A stretch of DNA of 61,133 nt from Gemmatimonadales bacterium (lineage in GTDB: Bacteria > Gemmatimonadota > Gemmatimonadetes > Gemmatimonadales > GWC2-71-9), in NCBI GenBank assembly GCA_036523455.1, contig DATDED010000243.1, positions 1 through 61,133 on the forward strand, written 5' to 3'. Each line of letters starts with the position of its first letter. The stretch's first letter is position 1. A model generated the notes under the pieces. The model saw nothing but the letters and a program-made list of their open reading frames with translations. It did no database searches and was not told where the DNA came from. Positions 55,107 to 61,133 of this stretch are shown one piece after another. The position numbers and the translations under genes were made by a program.

Positions 55107-56789
55107 ATGCCGCAAACCTGGGATGCGATCGTGATCGGCTCGGGGATGACCGGTGGGTGGGCGGCCAAGGAGCTCACCGAGGCGGGGTTGAACACGCTGG
55201 TGCTCGAGGCGGGCCGGATGGTGACGGCGGCCGACTACGTCGAGCACGTGCCTCCCTGGGCGGTGCGGTTCCGCGGCCTGGACGACCGGCGCGCCCGGGC
55301 GGCCGACCAGCCCATTCAGCGAGAGTGCTACGCCTGCGACGAGTGGTCGTCCAAGTTCTTCGTCAACGACCACGAGAACCCCTACACCACGCCGGCCGAC
55401 AAGCCGTTCCTGTTCCTGCGCGGGCGCCAGGTGGGTGGACGCTCCATCATGTGGGGCCGACAGGTCTACCGCTGGAGCGACCTCGACTTCGAGGCGAACC
55501 TGAAGGACGGCGTCGCCGTCGACTGGCCGATCCGCTACGCCGACATCGCGCCCTGGTACGACCACGTGGAGCGGTTCATCGGCGTGAGCGGCGAAAAGCT
55601 GGGACTGCCCCAGCTGCCCGACGGCCAGTTCCTGCCGCCGATGGCGCTGAACTGCGGCGAGACGCTGGTGCGCGACGCGATCGCCAAGCAGTGGCCCGGC
55701 GAACGGGTGGTGACGGTCGGCCGGTGCGCCATCCTCACCGAGAATCACAACGGCCGGGCCGCCTGCCACTATTGCGGATACTGCGAGCGCGGCTGCATCA
55801 CCCGCTCCTATTTCAGCTCCATCAACGCCACCCTCCCGGTGGCCCAAGCCACAGGCCGGATGACGCTCCGACCCCACAGCGTCGTGCACAGTCTGATCTA
55901 CGACCGCGGGCGCCGGCGCATCAGCGGCGTGCGCGTGATCGATGGCGAGACGAAACACGCCCTCGAGTTCCGCGGGCGCGTGGTGTTTCTCTGTGCCTCG
56001 ACGCTCGAGTCGGCGCGTATCCTGCTCAACTCGGCGACGCCGGAGTTTCCCACCGGGCTGGCCAACTCGAGCGGCGAACTGGGGCACAACCTGATGGACC
56101 ACATCATGGGTGGCGGCGCGAACGGCAAGATCGACGCACCCGCCGACCGGAACCCCGTAGGCCGGCGTCCCAACGGGATCTATCTCCCGCGGTTCCGTAA
56201 CCTGCAGGGCGGTCCCAAGTCGCCGTTCCTGCGTGGCTACGCCTATCAGGGCGGCGCGGGGCGCGAAGGGTGGGAGCGCGGCACCGATCTTCCCGGCTTT
56301 GGGGCCGACTGGAAGCGGGCGCTGCGGGACCCCGGGCCGTGGCATTTCGGCTTCTACGGCTTCGGGGAGTGCCTCCCCAACCACCAGAACTACGTCGAGA
56401 TCGACAAGGACACCAAAGACGCCTGGGGCATTCCGGTGCTGCGCATCCATTGCACCTACGGCGACAACGAATGGGCCCTCATGAAGGACGCGTCCATCGC
56501 GGCGGCGGAGATGCTGGCCGCCGCCGGTGCGAGCGATATCACGCCGTTCATCGATCACAACCCGCCCGGCAAGGCGATTCACGAGATGGGCACCGCCCGG
56601 ATGGGCCGGGATCCGAAGACCTCGGTGCTGAACGCGCACAACCAGGCGCACGATATTCCGAATCTGTTCGTCACCGACGGCGCCTGCATGGCGTCCTCGG
56701 CGAACCAGAACCCGTCGATCACCTACATGGCGCTCACCGCCCGGGCGTGTGACTACGCGGTCGGGGCGATGAAGCGGAGGGAGATCTAA
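55107..56789 (+). CDS. GMC-family FAD oxidoreductase
   Basis: ATG 55107 gives MPQTWDAIVIGSGMTGGWAAKEL (GxGxxG). The C-terminus ...HEMGTARMG...NLFVTDGA is typical of GMC enzymes. Confidence 0.85.
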   Translation: MPQTWDAIVIGSGMTGGWAAKELTEAGLNTLVLEAGRMVTAADYVEHVPPWAVRFRGLDDRRARAADQPIQRECYACDEWSSKFFVNDHENPYTTPADKPFLFLRGRQVGGRSIMWGRQVYRWSDLDFEANLKDGVAVDWPIRYADIAPWYDHVERFIGVSGEKLGLPQLPDGQFLPPMALNCGETLVRDAIAKQWPGERVVTVGRCAILTENHNGRAACHYCGYCERGCITRSYFSSINATLPVAQATGRMTLRPHSVVHSLIYDRGRRRISGVRVIDGETKHALEFRGRVVFLCASTLESARILLNSATPEFPTGLANSSGELGHNLMDHIMGGGANGKIDAPADRNPVGRRPNGIYLPRFRNLQGGPKSPFLRGYAYQGGAGREGWERGTDLPGFGADWKRALRDPGPWHFGFYGFGECLPNHQNYVEIDKDTKDAWGIPVLRIHCTYGDNEWALMKDASIAAAEMLAAAGASDITPFIDHNPPGKAIHEMGTARMGRDPKTSVLNAHNQAHDIPNLFVTDGACMASSANQNPSITYMALTARACDYAVGAMKRREI

Positions 56790-57649
56790 TGGATCGCCGT
56801 GATTTTGTTGGCTCGCTGGCAGCCGCGACGGTGCTGCCCCGCTTCACCACCGCGTGTCTCGGTGCCGTCCCGCGAGCCCGGATCGCGAAGGTGGGCCTCC
56901 AGCTCTACACCGTCCGCGACCTCATGAAACAGGACTTCGAAGGAACGCTCGCGACAGTGGCGCAAATCGGATTTCGCGAGGTCGAGTTCGCGGGGTACTT
57001 CGATCACACCCCGGCCCAGGTGCGCGCGATCCTCGACAAGAACGGTCTCGCGTCACCAGCGGCCCACGTGTCGTACGACTCCACGGGGGAAGGATGGGAC
57101 ACCACGCTCCATACGGCCAAGCTCGTGGGCCACGAGTTCGTGGTGTGCGCGTGGATCAACGAAGAGGTGCGCAAGACACCGGACGATTGGCAGCGCGTCT
57201 GCGATCGCTTCAACCGGGCGGGTCAGGCCGCCCACGACGCGGGGCTGCAGTTCGCCTATCACAACCACAGTTTCGAATTCGTGCCGCTGGCGGATGGGCG
57301 GCGGCCGTACGACGTCCTGCTGGAGCACACCGATCCCAAGCTGGTGCGGCTCGAGGTCGATCTCTTCTGGATCACGTTCGGCGGCGGTGACCCCCTGGCA
57401 TACTTCACGAAGTACCCCGGACGGTTTCCCTTGGTGCACGTGAAGGACATGATGCCGAAGCCAACGCCCGACGTCACGCCCGACAAGGTCATGGCCGACG
57501 TAGGTAAGGGGAGCATCGACTGGAAGGGGATCTTCGCGCATTCGAGCCAGGCCGGCATCGAGCACTATTTCGTCGAGCACGACCAGCCGGCCGATCCGCT
57601 GGCCAGCATTCGTACCAGCTACCAGTACCTGCGCGACCTCGAGTTCTAG
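56789..57649 (+). CDS. Sugar phosphate isomerase/epimerase (xylose-isomerase-like TIM barrel) with Tat-type signal
   Basis: The product starts MDRRDFVGSLAAATVLP and is 286 aa, with FREVEFAGY and HNHSFEF segments. Confidence 0.75.
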   Translation: MDRRDFVGSLAAATVLPRFTTACLGAVPRARIAKVGLQLYTVRDLMKQDFEGTLATVAQIGFREVEFAGYFDHTPAQVRAILDKNGLASPAAHVSYDSTGEGWDTTLHTAKLVGHEFVVCAWINEEVRKTPDDWQRVCDRFNRAGQAAHDAGLQFAYHNHSFEFVPLADGRRPYDVLLEHTDPKLVRLEVDLFWITFGGGDPLAYFTKYPGRFPLVHVKDMMPKPTPDVTPDKVMADVGKGSIDWKGIFAHSSQAGIEHYFVEHDQPADPLASIRTSYQYLRDLEF

Positions 57650-60600
57650 GGTCCGCCCTTCCGCGGGTACGCCGGCGGCGGCGGGACCGGGACGGGATGC
57701 TCGCGGATCTGGCGTTGGAGATACGCGATCGCCGCCACGAGCTGCGCATCCTCCCCGCCGAACGTCGCGTGCGGCAGGTTGTCCACGACGCTGTCGGGGT
57801 CCACCCCGTGGCCCTCGATCAGCCACTGGCCCTCCGGGCCGTACACACCGAACTCCGCCGCCGTGGCGATGCCGCGATCCACCAGCACGTTGCTCGAGCT
57901 GAGCCAGATCTCTCCGCCCCACGTGCGCGTGCCGATCACCCGGCCCAATCCGAGCCGCCGGAACCCCTCGGTGAAGGCCTCCCCATCCGACGCCGTCCAC
58001 GCGTCGCACAGCACCACCATGTGGCCCCGGAACGCCCACTGCATGTTCCAGTAGGGGCTCCCGGTGCGCGGCTGCCAGTAGAACCAGGCGCGACGCAGCA
58101 GCCGCTCGAGCAGCCAGCTGTCGATGTTGCCGCCACGGTTGTGGCGCACGTCGATGATCAGGCCGGCCCGGTTGAAGACGGGGTAGAAATCCCGCTCCCA
58201 GCGTGCGATATCGGGCGGGCCCATGGCGCGCAGGTGTACGTAGCCGATGCGACCGTCGCTCCCGGTGTCCACCAGCGTGCGCCGCGTCAGCTCCCATTCG
58301 TCGTAGCGCAGGTTGGACGCCTGCCCCGGGGTCAGGGGCGTAACGATGACGTCGCGCGTGGGACCGCCGTGCACGGGCGCGATCCGTAACAGCACCTGCT
58401 TCCCCGCCTGGCGCCGGAGCAGCTCGCCCGGGTGCTCCACCGAAAGCGTCGACACGCCGTTGATCAGCTGGATGACTTCCCCGGCGTGGACGTCCACGCC
58501 CTGCTGGGCGAGTGGGGAGAGCGCCATGGGGTAATCGGGATCTGCGCCGTAAACGTGCGCCACTCGCCAGCCGCCCGCCGCGGAGTCGCGGGTCAGCTCC
58601 GCGCCGAGCGAGGCGGGAGCCGCCTGGTCCGTGCCGTCGCGCAGGTCGCCGCCGTACACGAAGATGTGCAGCGCCGACAACTCACTCACCAGCTGCGCCA
58701 GCAGATCCGACAGCTCGGCACGATCGGTGACCCGGTCCACCAGCGGGCGGTACTTCGCCTTCATCGCGGGCCAGTCGAGCCCGTGCATGTGCGGGTCGTA
58801 GAAGTAGTCGCGCTCCAGCCGCCAGGCCTCGTCGAACATCTGGCGCCACTCTTCGCGCGGATCGAGCGGGAAGCTCCATTCGGCGAGGTTCACCTGGGCC
58901 TTGTCCAGACTCGCGCCGGCGCCGCTCGCCGCGTCGATCACGTACAGCGCCTCGCCCTTGCGCAACAGGAGCTTTTTGCCGTCCGCGGCCAGCTCGTAGC
59001 TGCGGACGTCGTCCACCAGCGTCTTGGGCGTGACGTCGCTGTTCCCGATTTCGAGCGACTGGAGCGCGGCCGTGTGCTCCAGGTTTGTCTGGCGGCTCAG
59101 CCAGAACAGCCGGCTCCCGTTCACGGACAGCGCCTCGTAATTGGCGGCCGGGAGCGGCAGCTCCGTGAGGCGCTGTTGTATGTCGGCCAGGTCTACGGCG
59201 ACGGGCGGCGTCGCGGCAGGGCGCGCCTTAGTGCCCGTGTCGGTGGGGGTGGGCGGCGCCACCTCGGTCGCCGGTAGGAAGGGCGAACGCAGTCCCGGCA
59301 CGAGCGCCAGCGCGTAGAGCTTCGTCTGGCGGTCGAAGAAGGGCTCCGGCGCCCGCGGGCCCCACGGGGCCCCGACGAGCGACTGGAACGTGCGGTCCGA
59401 CAGGAAATAGAGCCACTTGCCGTCCGGCGTGAACGCCGGGCTGTAGCTGTCGGAGCGATCGCTGGTCAGCGCGGTGCGCTGGCCCAGGGCGACGCCGTAG
59501 AGCCAGATCCGGCCGAAGGTCGCGGCGGGACGGACGTAGGCGAGCCACTTCGAGTCGGGCGACCACACGAGGTCCCCGAAATCTCCGTCGGGGGTCGAGT
59601 CGATGATGGTCGCCTGCCGGCGGTCGAAGCCGTACAGCCACAGGGTCTGGTTCTTGTCGAAGAAGGCGAGCCATTTGCCGTCGGGCGAAGGGACGCCGTC
59701 CCAGCGTAGCACCCGCGCGTCGCCCGTGAGCTGCTCCGGCGCGCCCACGCCGTTGGCGGGGAGGCGCCACCACTCGGTCTCCCCCGTCTGATCGGACAGG
59801 GCGAGCACCGTCTTCCCATCCGGCGCGAATCGCGCCTGGCGATACCGCACTCCCGGGGCGCGCGTCACCTCGACAAATCGGCCCCCGGCCCGCCCGACGG
59901 GCGCGACGAACACCTGGCCCCGCGCGGTGAGTACGACGCGCCCACCGTCGGGGGCGAGGTGCGCGGTGGTGAGGTACGTCAGCGGATTGGACACCCAGCG
60001 CACCCGCTCCTGGTCGAAGTCGGAGCCGAGGCGGATGTCGAGCGTCGTATCGCTGCCGCGGGCGATGTCGAACAGGTGGAGGTCGGCGCCGAGCTGGTAC
60101 ACGATCCGTCCGTCGCCCAGCGCGGGCGACCGCACGTCCCAGGCGCGGTGGCGGGTCAGCTGGCGCAGGTCGTGACCCTCGGGATCCATCGACCACAGGT
60201 TCATCGTGCCGTCGCGGTCGGAGGCGAAGTAGATCCGCCCGCTCCACCACATCGGGGCCTTGCTCGTGCCGGCGTAGTCGGCCGTCAGCGGGACGGCCTC
60301 CGCCGATCCGGCAGTGTAGCGCCAGATGTTCTGGGCCGTACCGCCCTGGTAGCGCTTGGTGTGGCTGCCCTGGAAGGCGTACCGGGTGAAGTACAACACG
60401 CGGCCGGAGGCGTCGTAGCTCCCGTCGCTCGCCTCGGCCAGCGGCACGAGCTCGCGCCGACCGGAACGCGGGTCGAGCATGGCGAGCTGAGTGGCCGGCA
60501 GCGTGGAGGACCCAGCGGTGGCGTAGAGGATGCGGCCCTCGGACGTCCATCCAACGACGGTCGCGGGGGCACCTTCCCACGTGCGCCGCCGCGGCAGTCC

Positions 60601-60906
60601 CCCTCCGAGTGGCATGGTGTACACCTCGGTGGGCCCCTCGTAGCCGGCGGAGAACGCGAGCGTCGTGCCGTCGGGGGAGATGGCCGCATGTGACTCTTCG
60701 GCGGCATGGGTGGTGAGCCGGCGCGCCTCGCCGCCCTGAATCGAAACCGTCCAGAGATCCCCTTCCGCCGTGAACACGATCGTCTCGCCGCGGATCGTAG
60801 GCCAGCGATAGTAGCCGTGCGGTGCGGTGGGCGGCTCGACGGCCGGGGCTCCCGCCGGGGTGGGGAGGACGGTGGCGAGCAGCGCAAGCGTGAGAGGGGT
60901 TCGCAT
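57646..60906 (-). CDS. Tricorn-protease-like peptidase (beta-propellers + PDZ + S41 domain)
   Basis: The 1086-aa product has a signal peptide and an N-terminus YYRWPTIRGETIVFTAEGDLWTV...ISPDGTTLAF. The C-terminal S41-like region has VLCDAWTASDGEAF. Confidence 0.85.
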   Translation of the reverse strand: MRTPLTLALLATVLPTPAGAPAVEPPTAPHGYYRWPTIRGETIVFTAEGDLWTVSIQGGEARRLTTHAAEESHAAISPDGTTLAFSAGYEGPTEVYTMPLGGGLPRRRTWEGAPATVVGWTSEGRILYATAGSSTLPATQLAMLDPRSGRRELVPLAEASDGSYDASGRVLYFTRYAFQGSHTKRYQGGTAQNIWRYTAGSAEAVPLTADYAGTSKAPMWWSGRIYFASDRDGTMNLWSMDPEGHDLRQLTRHRAWDVRSPALGDGRIVYQLGADLHLFDIARGSDTTLDIRLGSDFDQERVRWVSNPLTYLTTAHLAPDGGRVVLTARGQVFVAPVGRAGGRFVEVTRAPGVRYRQARFAPDGKTVLALSDQTGETEWWRLPANGVGAPEQLTGDARVLRWDGVPSPDGKWLAFFDKNQTLWLYGFDRRQATIIDSTPDGDFGDLVWSPDSKWLAYVRPAATFGRIWLYGVALGQRTALTSDRSDSYSPAFTPDGKWLYFLSDRTFQSLVGAPWGPRAPEPFFDRQTKLYALALVPGLRSPFLPATEVAPPTPTDTGTKARPAATPPVAVDLADIQQRLTELPLPAANYEALSVNGSRLFWLSRQTNLEHTAALQSLEIGNSDVTPKTLVDDVRSYELAADGKKLLLRKGEALYVIDAASGAGASLDKAQVNLAEWSFPLDPREEWRQMFDEAWRLERDYFYDPHMHGLDWPAMKAKYRPLVDRVTDRAELSDLLAQLVSELSALHIFVYGGDLRDGTDQAAPASLGAELTRDSAAGGWRVAHVYGADPDYPMALSPLAQQGVDVHAGEVIQLINGVSTLSVEHPGELLRRQAGKQVLLRIAPVHGGPTRDVIVTPLTPGQASNLRYDEWELTRRTLVDTGSDGRIGYVHLRAMGPPDIARWERDFYPVFNRAGLIIDVRHNRGGNIDSWLLERLLRRAWFYWQPRTGSPYWNMQWAFRGHMVVLCDAWTASDGEAFTEGFRRLGLGRVIGTRTWGGEIWLSSSNVLVDRGIATAAEFGVYGPEGQWLIEGHGVDPDSVVDNLPHATFGGEDAQLVAAIAYLQRQIREHPVPVPPPPAYPRKGGP

Positions 60907-61032
60907 GATCCAGGACTCCGGAAGGGTGGGTCGCGTGGGAGCCGCTCCTCGGGGTCCGACGCGGTCCTAAGATACACGTTGCGCTAGCCGAAGCAGCGTC
61001 GCACCCGTATTGTCTTCCTGACGCACGCGCCA

Positions 61033-61133
61033 ATGGCAGGACCCGATCTTCCTCCGCTCGAGTTGATCTGCCTGGGCCCGCCTACCGCCCGGCTCGGCGG
61101 CCGTGAGCCGCCGGCCGACGTGCTGTGGCGCAA
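61033..61133 (+). CDS. 5' end of an unidentified gene (3'-truncated by window edge)
   Basis: ATG 61033 gives MAGPDLPPLELICLGPPTARLGGREPPADVLWR.... This pattern resembles the N-termini of BTAD/SARP-like regulators, but too little sequence is available. Confidence 0.35.
   Translation, partial: MAGPDLPPLELICLGPPTARLGGREPPADVLWR

Overview
This is a 61.1-kb, very GC-rich window (roughly 70% by eye, not computed) that looks like bacterial chromosomal backbone, not an accessory island. It is densely packed with about 58 protein genes and one tRNA-Leu(TAG). I saw no rRNA, CRISPR array, transposase, integrase or phage genes. The secreted and outer-membrane protein types (tricorn-like protease, GCPII-like M28 peptidase, Omp85-type barrel, many lipoproteins) suggest a Gram-negative lineage such as Gemmatimonadota. 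That taxonomic guess is inference only.

Recognisable content:
- **Quinone module:** a UbiD/UbiA/UbiX triad.
- **Minus-strand housekeeping array:** two M16 peptidases, mutM, purD and an M48 peptidase.
- **Cell-wall precursor genes and neighbours:** glmM-like gene, glmS and dtd, followed by a cytochrome c gene and maf.
- **Signalling genes:** an FHA-GAF-cyclase, trpE, a hybrid histidine kinase and an HD-GYP regulator.
- **Protein quality control block:** tig-clpP-clpX-engB.
- **Oxidoreductase cluster:** a GMC oxidoreductase with its small subunit and a sugar isomerase.
- **Large protease:** a tricorn protease.

Most unusual observations:
1. Two families of structured repeat elements are translated in-frame inside essential housekeeping genes. 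One is an 81-nt palindrome in engB. The other is a G-tract (GGGAAGR)n module in the glmM-like gene, which also occurs as an inverted pair between the ubiA-like gene and ubiX.
2. engB has no canonical start codon upstream of its P-loop. A CTG start in a CTGA overlap with the clpX stop is the likely solution.
3. An orphan PilB/GspE-type secretion ATPase is fused to a C-terminal receiver domain. It lies downstream of an Omp85-like protein and is coupled to a Nudix gene.
4. A secreted protein has the HH...H...HxH...M spacing of copper monooxygenases (PHM/DBH type) and is translationally coupled to a methyltransferase.
5. A response regulator has a degenerate GGDEF domain that keeps its RxxD I-site.

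All family assignments come from motif recognition by eye. No database search was run.
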